From assembly GCF_003018255.1 (NCBI RefSeq), contig NZ_CP027440.1: DNA of 64,000 bases; one strand, written 5' to 3'. A program made the position numbers and the translations under genes. Below are positions 11,391-22,470 of this stretch, in pieces. This DNA comes from Escherichia coli (GTDB lineage Bacteria; Pseudomonadota; Gammaproteobacteria; Enterobacterales; Enterobacteriaceae). The stretch's first letter is position 1. Every line of letters starts with the position of its first letter. The notes beneath the pieces are model-generated. The model was not told the DNA's origin and searched no databases. It saw nothing but the letters and a program-made list of their open reading frames with translations.

Positions 11391-12116
11391 TCAGTGCTCC
11401 ATAGTGAATTCAATCATGTCGGCGCGCGTCAGGCTGACGGAGTACTCCGCCGGGCTGCTTTCACCGTCACGGTGGTTAAGGGTGCGCACGCACAGCAGCG
11501 GCGACATATTCGGGATTTCAAGACGCTGGCACTCTTTGGCCTGGGCGCGGCGGGCGCTGATCCGCGTCTGGCTGCGGCGCAGCGCAATCCCCGTTTGCTC
11601 GCGCAGAAAATCGTGCAGCGAGCCGCTGTCGAAGCGTTGCAGCGTCGGCCAGAGGGTGAGGTCCGCAAAGTAGTGGTCGATTAAACAGAGCGCGACGCCG
11701 TTGACCCGGCGCAGGGTGCGCAGGTGGATAACGTTCTCGCCCTCGGTTATCCCCAGCGCGTCAGCGACGTGACCGGAGGCCGGGCGCAGCACAGACAGCA
11801 GTTTTTCGCTGGTGGGATGGCTGCCCTGATCCAGCAGGTTCTGGCTAAAACGCGCCTGGGCGTTGAGCGGGTAATCGAACGGGCGCATCAGCACCAGCAC
11901 GCCGACGCCCTGACGGCGCTGTACCCAGCCTTTTTCCACCAGTTGGTCGATGGCGCGGCGCAGGGTGTGGCGGTTCACCTCAAAGCGCGCCGCCAGTTGC
12001 TGCTCGGCGGGAAGATAGTCGCCGCAGCGGTAGTGTTGACGAAGCTCCTGCTCAAGTTTTGCGGCTATCTCCTGATAGCGTGTTGGGTAGCTGGTCGGAT
12101 GTGTAGACAAGTGCAT
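11391..12116 (-). CDS. phnF: GntR-family transcriptional regulator of the phn operon
   Basis: ORF track 11391..12125; start at MHLSTHPT (241 aa); N-terminal HTH. Confidence 0.85.
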   Translation of the reverse strand: MHLSTHPTSYPTRYQEIAAKLEQELRQHYRCGDYLPAEQQLAARFEVNRHTLRRAIDQLVEKGWVQRRQGVGVLVLMRPFDYPLNAQARFSQNLLDQGSHPTSEKLLSVLRPASGHVADALGITEGENVIHLRTLRRVNGVALCLIDHYFADLTLWPTLQRFDSGSLHDFLREQTGIALRRSQTRISARRAQAKECQRLEIPNMSPLLCVRTLNHRDGESSPAEYSVSLTRADMIEFTMEH

Positions 12117-12136
12117 AGATATCAATGCCTCGCTTA

Positions 12137-12916
12137 TCAGATAAAGTGCTTACGCAACCGTTGAGAGAGGAAATCCAGCAGGCTGACCGTGACGATAATC
12201 AGCACCATCAGGGCGCAGGTTTGCTGGAACTGGAAACCGCGAATCGCTTCCCACAGGGTGACGCCGATCCCGCCCGCGCCGACCATGCCAACAACGGTGG
12301 CCGAACGGACGTTGGATTCGAAGCGATAGAGGGAGTAGGAGATCAGCAGCGGCATCACCTGCGGCAGCACGCCGTAGAGGATCTCTTCGAGCTTGTTGGC
12401 ACCAGTGGCGCGAATACCTTCCACCGGGCCGGGTTCAATTGCTTCTACCGCTTCGGAAAGCAGTTTGGAGAGCACGCCGGTGGTGTGGATAAACAGCGCC
12501 AGTACGCCAGCGAACGGACCGAGACCGACGGCGACCACGAACAGCATGGCGAAGACCATCTCGTTAATGGCGCGGCAGGCGTCCATCAGGCGGCGAACGG
12601 GCTGATACACCCACCACGGCACCAGGTTTTCAGCGCTCATCAGGCCGAAGGGGATGGAGAGAACGACTGCCAGCGCGGTGCCCCAGACGGCGATTTGCAG
12701 CGTGACGGCCATTTCGGTGAGGTAATCCTGCCATTGGCTGAAATCGGGCGGGAAGAAGTCGGCGGCGAAGGTTGCCATGTTGCCGCCGTCTTTGATCAGC
12801 GTAAGCGGGGCCATTTCCGCGCCCTGCCACGAGACGACCAACACGGCGAGAACAATGGCCCAGCTCAGAAGCGAGAACCAGCTGCGCTTGGGTGGGGCGA
12901 TGGTGATGGTTTGCAT
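12137..12916 (-). CDS. phnE: phosphonate ABC transporter permease, uninterrupted reading frame
   Basis: ORF track 12137..12979, multi-TM protein; start taken at MQTITIAPP because the upstream extension runs into REP; no frameshift seen. Confidence 0.8.
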   Translation of the reverse strand: MQTITIAPPKRSWFSLLSWAIVLAVLVVSWQGAEMAPLTLIKDGGNMATFAADFFPPDFSQWQDYLTEMAVTLQIAVWGTALAVVLSIPFGLMSAENLVPWWVYQPVRRLMDACRAINEMVFAMLFVVAVGLGPFAGVLALFIHTTGVLSKLLSEAVEAIEPGPVEGIRATGANKLEEILYGVLPQVMPLLISYSLYRFESNVRSATVVGMVGAGGIGVTLWEAIRGFQFQQTCALMVLIIVTVSLLDFLSQRLRKHFI

Positions 12917-12929
12917 GTTTGGCTCCGGT

Positions 12930-13018
12930 CTGTAGGCCGGATAAGGTGCTTGCACCGCATCCGGCATCAACGTCTGCACATTGTCGGATGCGACGCCGGG
13001 GCGTCTTATCCGACCTAC
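12930..13018. repeat. REP pair between phnE and phnD
   Basis: tgtaggccggataaggtg...cggatgcgacgccggggcgtcttatccgacctac palindromic units. Confidence 0.7.
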
Positions 13019-13021
13019 GAT

Positions 13022-14038
13022 TTACTGCACCGCTTTACTCACCGAACTCATCGCGCTTAACGCGTTGTTCAGGCGGTCCAGGTCATCCAGTTGCGCCTGA
13101 ATGGCGCTGGTTTTTGCCAGCTTGTCCTGCTCATTCAGCCCTTTATTGCCTTTCACGCCCTGCATCTCTTTAAACAGCGCGAGCTGGCGAATCGGCACCA
13201 GTTGCAGGTCGCTGGAGGCGCGGAACGGGGCCCAGCCCAGGCGTTCCAGCACCGCTTTCTCTTCCGGCGTTTTGCCGTAGTTCATAAAGAAGTCGTAGAT
13301 CTTGTCTTTGGTGGTTTCGGACAGATTTTTGCGCCAGACGATCGGATCGCCTGGGATCAGCGGCGATTTCCAGATCACCTTCAGTTCTTTGAGCTTCTCC
13401 GGTGCGGAGGTTTTCAGCTTGTCGAGGTTTTCGGTGTTGTTGGTCGCCACATCCACCTGTTTGTTGGCGACGGCCAGCGCGTTGGTTTCATGCCCGGCGT
13501 TGACGGTGCGCTTGAAGTCGCTGGCGGAGATATTGTTTTTGGCGAAGACGTAGTAGCCGGGGACGAGGAAGCCAGAGGTGGAGTTAGGATCGCCATTGCC
13601 AAAGGTGAGATCTTTACGCTTCGCCAGCAGATCGTTCAGGTTGTTGATCGGACTGTCTTTGTTGACGATCAACACGCTCCAGTAACCTGGCGATCCATCC
13701 GCCGCGACCGTCTGGGCGAAGACCTGACCGTTGGCGCGATCCACCGCTTCCATCGCCGACAGATTGCCGTACCAGGCGATATCCACTTTGTTGAAGCGCA
13801 TTCCCTGGATAATGCCCGCGTAGTCCGGGGCAAAGAAGGCGTTGACCTTTACGCCCAGCTTCTTCTCCATATCCTGTAAGAACGGCGTCCATTGCGGTTT
13901 CAGGTTTTGCTGTGATTCCGTTGAAATAATGCCGAAATTCAGCGCCTTTTCCTGCTCTTCGGCGTGCGCCGGGCTTAACAGGGTGCTGAGGCTGAACATG
14001 CTGGTGAAGGCCAGCGAGGCAATTATCTTAGCGTTCAT
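13022..14038 (-). CDS. phnD: phosphonate ABC transporter periplasmic binding protein
   Basis: 338-aa ORF with signal peptide; phn synteny. Confidence 0.9.
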   Translation of the reverse strand: MNAKIIASLAFTSMFSLSTLLSPAHAEEQEKALNFGIISTESQQNLKPQWTPFLQDMEKKLGVKVNAFFAPDYAGIIQGMRFNKVDIAWYGNLSAMEAVDRANGQVFAQTVAADGSPGYWSVLIVNKDSPINNLNDLLAKRKDLTFGNGDPNSTSGFLVPGYYVFAKNNISASDFKRTVNAGHETNALAVANKQVDVATNNTENLDKLKTSAPEKLKELKVIWKSPLIPGDPIVWRKNLSETTKDKIYDFFMNYGKTPEEKAVLERLGWAPFRASSDLQLVPIRQLALFKEMQGVKGNKGLNEQDKLAKTSAIQAQLDDLDRLNNALSAMSSVSKAVQ

Positions 14039-14062
14039 TCGTTTTCCTCAATGATGGGGATG

Positions 14063-14851
14063 TCAGGCAGCTTTCGCGTTCTCTTCAATGCGATTAATGC
14101 TGCGGTAGAGATGGTCAAAACGTTCGTTATCAAACAGTTGGCTGCTGCCGTCGTAAAAGACGTGCCCCTGACGCAGGGCGACGATGCGTTCGCAGTAGCG
14201 CAGGGCGTAATCCACCTGATGTAGCGTGACGACCACGGTGATGCCGTCGTTCTGGTTGATGTCGCGCAGGGTGTCCATCACGATGCGCGCCGATTCCGGG
14301 TCCAGCGAGGCGATGGGTTCGTCCGCCAGAATCACCTTCGCCTGCTGCATCAGCGCGCGGGCAATCGCCACACGCTGTTGCTGTCCGCCGGAGAGGGTGG
14401 AAACGCGCTGATGGGCAAAGTGCACCATGCCAACGCGGGTCAGCGCCTGTAACGCGCGCTGTTTCTGCTCGCGGGTGAAGTAGCTAAAACAGGTGCGCCA
14501 GAATGGCGTGCTGCCGAGCGCGCCAATCAGCACGTTCTCCAGTACGCTCAGGCGATTCACCAGGTTGAATTGTTGGAAGATGTAGCCGGTATTGGCGCGG
14601 CTTTTGCGGATATCGCGGGCCAGGCGGCCTTCGCGCTGGACTGTGCGGCCCAGCAGCTCGATATGGCTACCGGCAGATTTATCGCCGGTAATCAAACCGC
14701 TTAAGTGACGTAAAAGGGTGGATTTGCCGGAACCCGACGGCCCAAGCAGAGCCACCATTTCACCGTGATGAATGTTCAGATCAACCGCGTGCAGCGCCTG
14801 ATGCTGATTGAAGGTTTTGGCGAGCTTCTCGACACGGATAATCGTTTGCAT
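14063..14851 (-). CDS. phnC: phosphonate ABC transporter ATP-binding protein
   Basis: 262-aa ORF, Walker [13 protein letters not shown] signature LSGGQQQR. Confidence 0.9.
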   Translation of the reverse strand: MQTIIRVEKLAKTFNQHQALHAVDLNIHHGEMVALLGPSGSGKSTLLRHLSGLITGDKSAGSHIELLGRTVQREGRLARDIRKSRANTGYIFQQFNLVNRLSVLENVLIGALGSTPFWRTCFSYFTREQKQRALQALTRVGMVHFAHQRVSTLSGGQQQRVAIARALMQQAKVILADEPIASLDPESARIVMDTLRDINQNDGITVVVTLHQVDYALRYCERIVALRQGHVFYDGSSQLFDNERFDHLYRSINRIEENAKAA

Positions 14852-14983
14852 GATGCAGCCTCCCTAAAAAAGTGGCTCCATCGTGGCGGATTATTGTGAC
14901 GATTTTGTTAACTAAAAGTGACTAACGGATGAAGAGTTAACGAGATTTCGATGACAGTGCGGGAGGGCGGCCCTCCCGGCGGG

Positions 14984-15427
14984 TTAGTGCGTTGGTTGTT
15001 GTTTGACGACATTAATCATCCACGGTACGCCAAATTTATCGGTGACTTTGCCGAAGCCATGCGCCCAGAAAGTTTCCTGCCAGGCCATTTCGATTTTTCC
15101 GTTAGCTGCAAGGTTATCAAACCAGCGTTTTCCTTCTTCGACCTGTTGCGAATCGAGCACTAGCGTAAAGCCGGAGTAGCTGGCTTTTCCTGACGGTATA
15201 GCATCGCTCATCATGATGTCGCTTCCTGCAATGCGCACGTTGGCATGAGCGATGGCGGTATCGGGAAATTGCATTCCGGAAGGGCAGTTCTCGGCGCTGT
15301 CCTGCGCTGATTTCGGCATTTCGCCGAAGCTGATTTTATAGAGCAGTTCCGCGCCCAACGTACGTTGATAATAGGCAATCGCGTCGGAACAGTTACCGGC
15401 AAAAGAGAGGTAGGGACTTAACGGCAT
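14984..15427 (-). CDS. yjdN: glyoxalase/bleomycin-resistance-fold protein PhnB
   Basis: 147-aa ORF; position upstream of phnC. Confidence 0.8.
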   Translation of the reverse strand: MPLSPYLSFAGNCSDAIAYYQRTLGAELLYKISFGEMPKSAQDSAENCPSGMQFPDTAIAHANVRIAGSDIMMSDAIPSGKASYSGFTLVLDSQQVEEGKRWFDNLAANGKIEMAWQETFWAHGFGKVTDKFGVPWMINVVKQQPTH

Positions 15428-15492
15428 GATGGTGACCTCAGTTAAGAGAAGCCCGTTAAGTGTAGTTCGAAATTTATACAGATGAGAGGGAA

Positions 15493-15571
<79 letters not shown>

Positions 15572-15586
15572 CCGATCACAATACAA

Positions 15587-15922
15587 TCAGTTCTTTTTCA
15601 CAAACTCAGACTTCAGTTTCATCGGACCAAAACCGTCGATTTTGCAATCGATGTTATGGTCGCCTTCAACCAGGCGGATGTTTTTCACTTTGGTGCCAAT
15701 TTTCAGCATCGAAGAGCTACCTTTCACTTTCAGATCTTTAATGATGGTAACGCTGTCGCCGTCAGCCAGCAGATTGCCGTTAGCATCTTTAACGATCAGC
15801 TCGTCGCTTTCCTGTGCAGGTTCTGCGTCGTTCCATTCGTAGGCACATTCCGGGCAGATGTACATGCCGTTATCTTCGTAGGTGTATTCGGAGTTGCATT
15901 TTGGGCAGTGTGGTAATGACAT
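15587..15922 (-). CDS. yjdM: PhnA-family zinc-ribbon protein
   Basis: ORF track 15587..16069; start at [13 protein letters not shown] (111 aa), upstream extension crosses REP; CPxC..CPxC zinc ribbon. Confidence 0.85.
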
Positions 15923-16323
15923 GTGGATTTCCTCAAAAGTCAGCAGGGCAAAAGCGCCAAAAAACGGCAGATTGCCGAAAAAGGCCGCAATTATACACAA
16001 AATCCCTGAGTTTGTCGGGGGTACTGCTGATTTTAGACGACGATCGTTTTCATTTGAAAGGAAACGCAAAAAGAAAATAATCTTTTTGCCTCCATTTATT
16101 ATTTAAGATAAGGTTAATGCTCTACTCGTTCTTTTTTTAATTCACATGATGTTTTTATCTTTCTGACGTTTTAAACGTATTGGAAGATGTTATTTGTTCT
16201 AATAAAAAACAACACGCTAAATATAAAATTATTTCCTGCAGTAATTATAAAAGCCGAAAACAGAACTCAAAAACAATCTGGCTAAATAAAAGTAATAAAA
16301 TTTGCTTTAAGGAAGAATATTCT

Positions 16324-18552
16324 ATGTATACACAGACCCTGTATGAGTTAAGTCAGGAGGCTGAACGCCTGTTACAGCTTTCTCGCCAACAGTTGCAGTT
16401 ACTGGAAAAAATACCTCTCTCTGTACCCGGAGACGATACGCCACAACTGGCTTTACCCTGGAGTCAGCCTAATATCGCCGAACGTCACGCGATGCTGAAT
16501 AATGAGTTGCGTAAAATTTCCCGGCTGGAAATGGTGCTGGCGATTGTCGGTACCATGAAAGCAGGGAAATCAACCACCATTAATGCCATTGTTGGTACGG
16601 AGGTTCTGCCTAATCGTAATCGCCCAATGACTGCGCTGCCAACGCTTATTCGCCATACGCCCGGGCAAAAAGAACCGGTACTGCATTTTTCACATGTCGC
16701 GCCAATCGACCATTTAATTCAACAATTACAACAGCGCCTGCGTGATTGCGATATTAAGCATCTGACCGATGTGCTGGAAATAGATAAAGATATGCGTGCG
16801 CTTATGCAGCGGATTGAAAATGGCATCGCTTTCGAAAAATATTATCTGGGTGCTCAACCTATTTTTCATTGTCTGAAAAGTTTGAATGATTTGGTGCGAC
16901 TGGCGAAGGCGCTGGACGTCGATTTTCCTTTTTCTGCTTACGCCGCCATTGAGCATATTCCCGTGATTGAAGTGGAGTTTGTCCATCTGGCGGGGCTGGA
17001 GAGTTATCCCGGTCAGTTGACGTTACTGGATACCCCCGGGCCAAATGAAGCCGGGCAACCGCATCTGCAAAAAATGCTTAACCAGCAGCTGGCACGCGCC
17101 TCGGCGGTACTGGCGGTGCTGGATTATACGCAACTGAAATCGATCTCCGATGAAGAGGTCCGTGAGGCAATTTTGGCGGTGGGGCAATCGGTGCCGTTGT
17201 ATGTGCTGGTCAATAAGTTCGATCAACAGGATCGTAACAGTGACGACGCCGACCAGGTGCGGGCACTGATTTCCGGGACGCTGATGAAAGGTTGTATTAC
17301 GCCACAGCAGATATTTCCGGTGTCGTCGATGTGGGGCTACCTGGCGAATCGGGTGCGCCATGAGTTAGCCAACAACGGTAAGTTACCACCGCCAGAGCAA
17401 CAACGCTGGGTGGAAGATTTTGCCCATGCCGCGCTCGGCAGGCGCTGGCGTCATGCCGATCTGGCGGACCTCGAACATATTCGTCATGCTGCCGATCAGT
17501 TGTGGGAAGATTCGCTGTTCGCCCAGCCAATTCAGGCGTTGCTTCATGCCGCTTACGCTAACGCCTCGTTGTATGCTCTGCGATCTGCCGCGCATAAACT
17601 GTTGAATTACGCGCAGCAGGCGCGGGAATACCTGGATTTTCGTGCGCACGGGTTAAACGTCGCTTGTGAACAATTGCGGCAAAATATCCATCAGATCGAA
17701 GAAAGTTTGCAGCTATTGCAACTCAATCAGGCGCAGGTGAGCGGCGAGATTAAACATGAAATCGAGCTGGCCCTGACCTCCGCCAACCACTTTCTGCGTC
17801 AACAGCAAGATGCGCTGAATGCGCAGTTAGCCGCCTTGTTTCAGGATGATTCAGGGTCATTAAGCGAGATTCGTACCTGCTGTGAGACACTGTTACAGAT
17901 GGCGCAGAACACCATTAGTCGCGACTTTACGCTGCGTTTTGCCGAGCTGGAATCCACCCTTTGCCGGGTGTTAACCGATGTTATTCGCCCCATTGAGCAA
18001 CAAATCAAAATGGAATTGAGCGAGTCAGGGTTTCGTCCTGGGTTTCATTTTCCTGTTTTTCACGGCGTAGTTCCCCACTTCAACACTCGCCAGCTGTTCA
18101 GTGAAGTCATTTCGCGCCAGGACGCAATGGACGAGCAGAGCACGCGTTTAGGCGTTGTGCGTGAGACTTTTTCGCGCTGGTTGAATCAGCCCGACTGGGG
18201 ACGGGGAAATGAGAAATCCCCGATAGAGACGGTTGATTACAGTGCGTTGCAACGAGCATTAAGCGCAGAAGTCGATCTTTATTGCCAACAAATGGCTAAA
18301 GTTCTGGCAGAGCAGGTCGATGAATCTGTTACGGCAGGCATGAATACTTTTTTCGCTGAGTTCGCTTCATGTTTGACGGAATTACAGACGCGTTTACGCG
18401 AAAGTCTGGCTCTGCGTCAACAAAATGAATCGGTGGTCAGGCTGATGCAGCAGCAATTGCAGCAGACTGTGATGACTCATGGCTGGATTTACACCGACGC
18501 TCAGCTGTTACGCGATGATATTCAAACACTTTTCACGGCAGAACGATATTGA
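16324..18552 (+). CDS. crfC: dynamin-like large GTPase (CrfC/YjdA)
   Basis: ORF track 16180..18552; start at ATG 16324 (MYTQTLYEL, AAGGAAG RBS at 16310); P-loop GTMKAGKSTTINAIVG. Confidence 0.85.
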   Translation: MYTQTLYELSQEAERLLQLSRQQLQLLEKIPLSVPGDDTPQLALPWSQPNIAERHAMLNNELRKISRLEMVLAIVGTMKAGKSTTINAIVGTEVLPNRNRPMTALPTLIRHTPGQKEPVLHFSHVAPIDHLIQQLQQRLRDCDIKHLTDVLEIDKDMRALMQRIENGIAFEKYYLGAQPIFHCLKSLNDLVRLAKALDVDFPFSAYAAIEHIPVIEVEFVHLAGLESYPGQLTLLDTPGPNEAGQPHLQKMLNQQLARASAVLAVLDYTQLKSISDEEVREAILAVGQSVPLYVLVNKFDQQDRNSDDADQVRALISGTLMKGCITPQQIFPVSSMWGYLANRVRHELANNGKLPPPEQQRWVEDFAHAALGRRWRHADLADLEHIRHAADQLWEDSLFAQPIQALLHAAYANASLYALRSAAHKLLNYAQQAREYLDFRAHGLNVACEQLRQNIHQIEESLQLLQLNQAQVSGEIKHEIELALTSANHFLRQQQDALNAQLAALFQDDSGSLSEIRTCCETLLQMAQNTISRDFTLRFAELESTLCRVLTDVIRPIEQQIKMELSESGFRPGFHFPVFHGVVPHFNTRQLFSEVISRQDAMDEQSTRLGVVRETFSRWLNQPDWGRGNEKSPIETVDYSALQRALSAEVDLYCQQMAKVLAEQVDESVTAGMNTFFAEFASCLTELQTRLRESLALRQQNESVVRLMQQQLQQTVMTHGWIYTDAQLLRDDIQTLFTAERY

Positions 18553-19427
18553 CCAAGACGTTACTGGACGGCCCCGGTCGCGTGCTGGAGTCGATTCATC
18601 CCCGCTTTTTAGTGGATCTGGCGCAGGGCGATGATGCCCGCCATCCACAAGCCCATCAGCAGCAGTTTCGTGAACGACTGATGCAGGAACTTCTTGCGCG
18701 TGTGCAGCTTCAGGCATGGACGAACGGCGGGATGTTAAATGCGCCGCTTAGCCTGCGTCTGACATTGGTGGAAAAACTGGCGTCGATGCTGGATCCCGGT
18801 CATCTGGCGCTGACGCAGATCGCGCAACATCTGGCGCTGCTGCAAAAAATGGATCACCGCCAGCACTCTGCTTTCCCTGAGCTCCCCCAGCAAATTGCCG
18901 CCTTGTATGAGTGGTTTTCAGCCCGTTGTCGCTGGAAGGAAAAGGCGTTAACGCAACGAGGCCTACTGGTGCAGGCGGGTGAACAGAGCGAGCAAATTTT
19001 TACCCGCTGGCGTGCTGGGGCGTACAACGCCTGGTCGTTGCCTGGGCGCTGTTTTATCGTTCTGGAGGAGTTGCGTTGGGGGGCATTTGGCGATGCCTTT
19101 CGTCTGGGAAGCCCGCAAGCGGTGGCGTTGTTGCTGGGTGATTTGCGCGTGAAAGCGACACAACATCTGGCAGAGAGTATCAATGCGGCCCCGACCACGC
19201 GTCACTATTACCATCAGTGGTTTGCCTCTTCGACCATTCCGACGGGCGGGGATCATGCTGATTTTTTAAGTTGGCTGGGAAAGTGGTCCACGGCAGATAA
19301 ACAACCCGTTTGCTGGTCAGTGACCCAACGCTGGCGAACTGTCGCACTGGGGATGCCACGACTCTGTTCAGCGCAGCGTCTGGCGGGGGCAATGGTCGAG
19401 GAAATCTTCTCTGTAAATTTGGTGTAA
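18549..19427 (+). CDS. yjcZ: YjcZ family protein, overlapping partner of crfC
   Basis: 292-aa ORF overlapping the crfC stop (ATGA-type coupling). Confidence 0.8.
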   Translation: MTKTLLDGPGRVLESIHPRFLVDLAQGDDARHPQAHQQQFRERLMQELLARVQLQAWTNGGMLNAPLSLRLTLVEKLASMLDPGHLALTQIAQHLALLQKMDHRQHSAFPELPQQIAALYEWFSARCRWKEKALTQRGLLVQAGEQSEQIFTRWRAGAYNAWSLPGRCFIVLEELRWGAFGDAFRLGSPQAVALLLGDLRVKATQHLAESINAAPTTRHYYHQWFASSTIPTGGDHADFLSWLGKWSTADKQPVCWSVTQRWRTVALGMPRLCSAQRLAGAMVEEIFSVNLV

Positions 19428-19690
19428 ATAATCAGTTACATCAATGAGTCCTAAACGAAATCCATGTGTGAAGTTGATCACAAATTTAAACGCTGGTAGG
19501 GTAAAAAGGTCATTAACTGCCCAATTCAGGCGTCAACTGGTTTGATTGTACATTCCTTAACCGGAGAGTGTAAGCAAACCCGCTACGCTTGTTACAGAGA
19601 TTGCATCCTGCAATTCCCGCTCCCCTTTTGCGGCCGTCGCGCTGATTTTTCTGGCGTTTGCGGAAATGGGCCAACTCTGCGAGGAAAGCT

Positions 19691-21193
19691 ATGCTGAAAA
19701 GGAAAAAAGTAAAACCAATTACCCTTCGTGATGTCACCATTATTGATGACGGTAAACTGCGTAAAGCCATTACCGCAGCATCACTGGGTAATGCAATGGA
19801 ATGGTTTGATTTTGGTGTTTATGGTTTTGTTGCTTACGCATTAGGTAAAGTTTTTTTCCCGGGGGCTGACCCCAGCGTGCAGATGGTTGCTGCACTTGCC
19901 ACTTTCTCCGTTCCCTTTCTGATTCGACCGCTTGGTGGACTCTTCTTTGGTATGTTGGGCGATAAATATGGTCGCCAGAAGATCCTCGCTATCACTATTG
20001 TGATTATGTCGATCAGTACGTTCTGTATTGGCTTAATACCGTCCTACGACACGATTGGTATTTGGGCACCGATTCTGCTGTTGATCTGTAAGATGGCACA
20101 AGGTTTCTCGGTCGGCGGTGAATATACCGGGGCGTCGATATTTGTTGCGGAATACTCCCCTGACCGTAAACGTGGCTTTATGGGCAGCTGGCTGGACTTC
20201 GGTTCTATTGCCGGGTTTGTGCTGGGTGCGGGCGTGGTGGTGTTAATTTCGACCATTGTCGGCGAAGCGAACTTCCTCGACTGGGGCTGGCGTATTCCGT
20301 TCTTTATTGCTCTGCCGTTAGGGATTATCGGGCTTTACCTGCGCCATGCGCTGGAAGAGACCCCGGCGTTCCAGCAGCATGTTGATAAACTGGAGCAGGG
20401 CGACCGCGAAGGTTTGCAGGATGGCCCGAAAGTCTCGTTTAAAGAGATTGCCACCAAACACTGGCGCAGCCTGTTGACATGTATTGGTCTGGTAATTGCC
20501 ACCAACGTGACTTACTACATGTTGCTGACCTATATGCCGAGTTATTTGTCGCATAACCTGCATTATTCCGAAGACCACGGGGTGCTGATTATTATCGCCA
20601 TTATGATCGGTATGCTGTTTGTCCAGCCGGTGATGGGCTTGCTGAGTGACCGTTTTGGCCGTCGTCCGTTTGTGCTACTTGGTAGTGTTGCACTGTTTGT
20701 GTTGGCGATCCCGGCGTTTATTCTGATTAACAGTAACGTCATCGGCCTGATTTTTGCCGGGTTACTGATGCTGGCGGTGATCCTTAACTGCTTTACGGGC
20801 GTTATGGCTTCTACCTTGCCAGCGATGTTTCCGACGCATATCCGTTACAGCGCGCTGGCGGCGGCATTTAATATTTCGGTGCTGGTTGCCGGTCTGACGC
20901 CAACACTGGCGGCCTGGCTGGTCGAAAGCTCGCAGAATCTGATGATGCCTGCCTATTACCTGATGGTAGTGGCGGTGGTTGGTTTAATCACCGGCGTAAC
21001 CATGAAAGAGACGGCAAATCGTCCGTTGAAAGGTGCGACACCGGCGGCGTCAGATATACAGGAAGCGAAGGAAATTCTCGTCGAGCATTACGATAATATC
21101 GAGCAGAAAATCGATGATATTGACCACGAGATTGCCGATTTGCAGGCGAAACGTACTCGCCTGGTGCAGCAACATCCGCGAATTGATGAATAA
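19691..21193 (+). CDS. proP: proline/glycine betaine:H+ symporter (MFS, C-terminal coiled coil)
   Basis: ORF track 19658..21193; start at MLKRKKVKP (ATG 19691); 12-TM MFS. Confidence 0.9.
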   Translation: MLKRKKVKPITLRDVTIIDDGKLRKAITAASLGNAMEWFDFGVYGFVAYALGKVFFPGADPSVQMVAALATFSVPFLIRPLGGLFFGMLGDKYGRQKILAITIVIMSISTFCIGLIPSYDTIGIWAPILLLICKMAQGFSVGGEYTGASIFVAEYSPDRKRGFMGSWLDFGSIAGFVLGAGVVVLISTIVGEANFLDWGWRIPFFIALPLGIIGLYLRHALEETPAFQQHVDKLEQGDREGLQDGPKVSFKEIATKHWRSLLTCIGLVIATNVTYYMLLTYMPSYLSHNLHYSEDHGVLIIIAIMIGMLFVQPVMGLLSDRFGRRPFVLLGSVALFVLAIPAFILINSNVIGLIFAGLLMLAVILNCFTGVMASTLPAMFPTHIRYSALAAAFNISVLVAGLTPTLAAWLVESSQNLMMPAYYLMVVAVVGLITGVTMKETANRPLKGATPAASDIQEAKEILVEHYDNIEQKIDDIDHEIADLQAKRTRLVQQHPRIDE

Positions 21194-21304
21194 GCTGAAA
21201 CGGATGGCCTGATGTGACGCTGTCTTATCAGGCCAATTGAACTCTTAAGGTTCACTTAATCTCTGACGCGCATACTCTCCTCCAGGTTAACGGAGGAGAG
21301 TGCA

Positions 21305-21394
21305 ATGAAAAACCGTGTTTATGAAAGTTTAACTACCGTGTTCAGCGTGCTGGTGGTCAGCAGCTTTCTTTATATCTGGTTTGCCACGTTCTGA
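21305..21394 (+). CDS. pmrR: 29-aa membrane peptide PmrR, convergent with and overlapping the basS 3' end
   Basis: atg at 21305 to tga at 21392-21394 encodes MKNRVYESLTTVFSVLVVSSFLYIWFATF; not in ORF track because shorter than 60 aa. Confidence 0.7.
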   Translation: MKNRVYESLTTVFSVLVVSSFLYIWFATF

Positions 21395-22470
21395 TCTTTC
21401 TTCAGCCGTACCCAGGCCCGCGTGCCGGAAGTCTCTTGCCGGTTTTGCAGGAAAAACTGCCCGTGATGCAACTGTGTAATGCGGCTGACAATACTTAACC
21501 CCAGACCAATCCCGCCATAACGGCTGTCCATACGTACAAACGCTTTACTCAACTCCCCGCATTTACTCTCATCAATACCCGGTCCTTCATCTTCAACGGC
21601 CATGACCGCTCCGCCATCTTCTTGCAGCTTAATCATAATGTTGCTGCCTTGCGGGCTGTAACGATGGGCGTTTTCTACCAGGTTTCGCAATAACATCCGC
21701 AGCAGGGTTGCATCACCCTGAACGGTGATGTCGGCGGCGCTCTCTGGCAATAGCAGGTTTTGCTGTCGCTGGTCGAGCATGGTACTGAGTTCGTCATACG
21801 AGGGGAGAATGACATCTTCCAGCAGTTTTACATGTTGATAATTACCGGAAGAAAATGACTGTCCGGCACGCGCCAGTTGCAGCAGCTGGGAGACACTCTC
21901 CATCATCTGATCAAGTCGAGCCACTAACGGTGCTACATCAATGTGATGCGTTTTCGCCAGCAGTTCCAGATGCAAACGCACCCCCGCCAGTGGCGTTCGC
22001 AGTTCGTGCGCGACGTCAGCGGTAAACAACCTTTCGTTATCCAGCGTGCTGGTCAGGCGACTGACCAGATCGTTCAACGCCGAAACCACCGCTTCGATTT
22101 CGAGGGTGGCGCTGTGAATGGCAATAGGCGTTAAGTTGTCGGCGGTGCGCGCTTCCAGCTCTTTTTGCAGCTCCGCCAGCGGCCGGGTGATGCGGCGTAC
22201 CGCCTGATAGCAGATAAATAGCGTCAGGCTGACCATAAAGACGCCGGGGACGATCAGGCTGGCGACCGCCTCGCGGATCTCACGCATGATGTGGCGATCG
22301 TTGTTGCGATTGTCGCGTAGCGCCTGCTCAAACAGCTGAATCTGCTCGGTACTTTCATGCCATAGCCAGAAGACGCTGATCAGCTCAAACACCAACAAAA
22401 TGGCCCCAATGGTCAATATCAGCCGTTGGCGCAGCGATATTGGTCGGCGCAGAAAACGCATCAGATTCAA
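21370..22470 (-). CDS. basS: sensor histidine kinase BasS/PmrB
   Basis: 366-aa ORF with H-box HELRTPL and ATPase domain; upstream of basR. Confidence 0.9.
   Translation of the reverse strand: MNLMRFLRRPISLRQRLILTIGAILLVFELISVFWLWHESTEQIQLFEQALRDNRNNDRHIMREIREAVASLIVPGVFMVSLTLFICYQAVRRITRPLAELQKELEARTADNLTPIAIHSATLEIEAVVSALNDLVSRLTSTLDNERLFTADVAHELRTPLAGVRLHLELLAKTHHIDVAPLVARLDQMMESVSQLLQLARAGQSFSSGNYQHVKLLEDVILPSYDELSTMLDQRQQNLLLPESAADITVQGDATLLRMLLRNLVENAHRYSPQGSNIMIKLQEDGGAVMAVEDEGPGIDESKCGELSKAFVRMDSRYGGIGLGLSIVSRITQLHHGQFFLQNRQETSGTRAWVRLKKDQNVANQI

Noticed and set aside
12125-13060. 311-aa plus-strand ORF
   Set aside because: Antisense to phnE and crosses a REP cluster; typical GC-rich shadow ORF.
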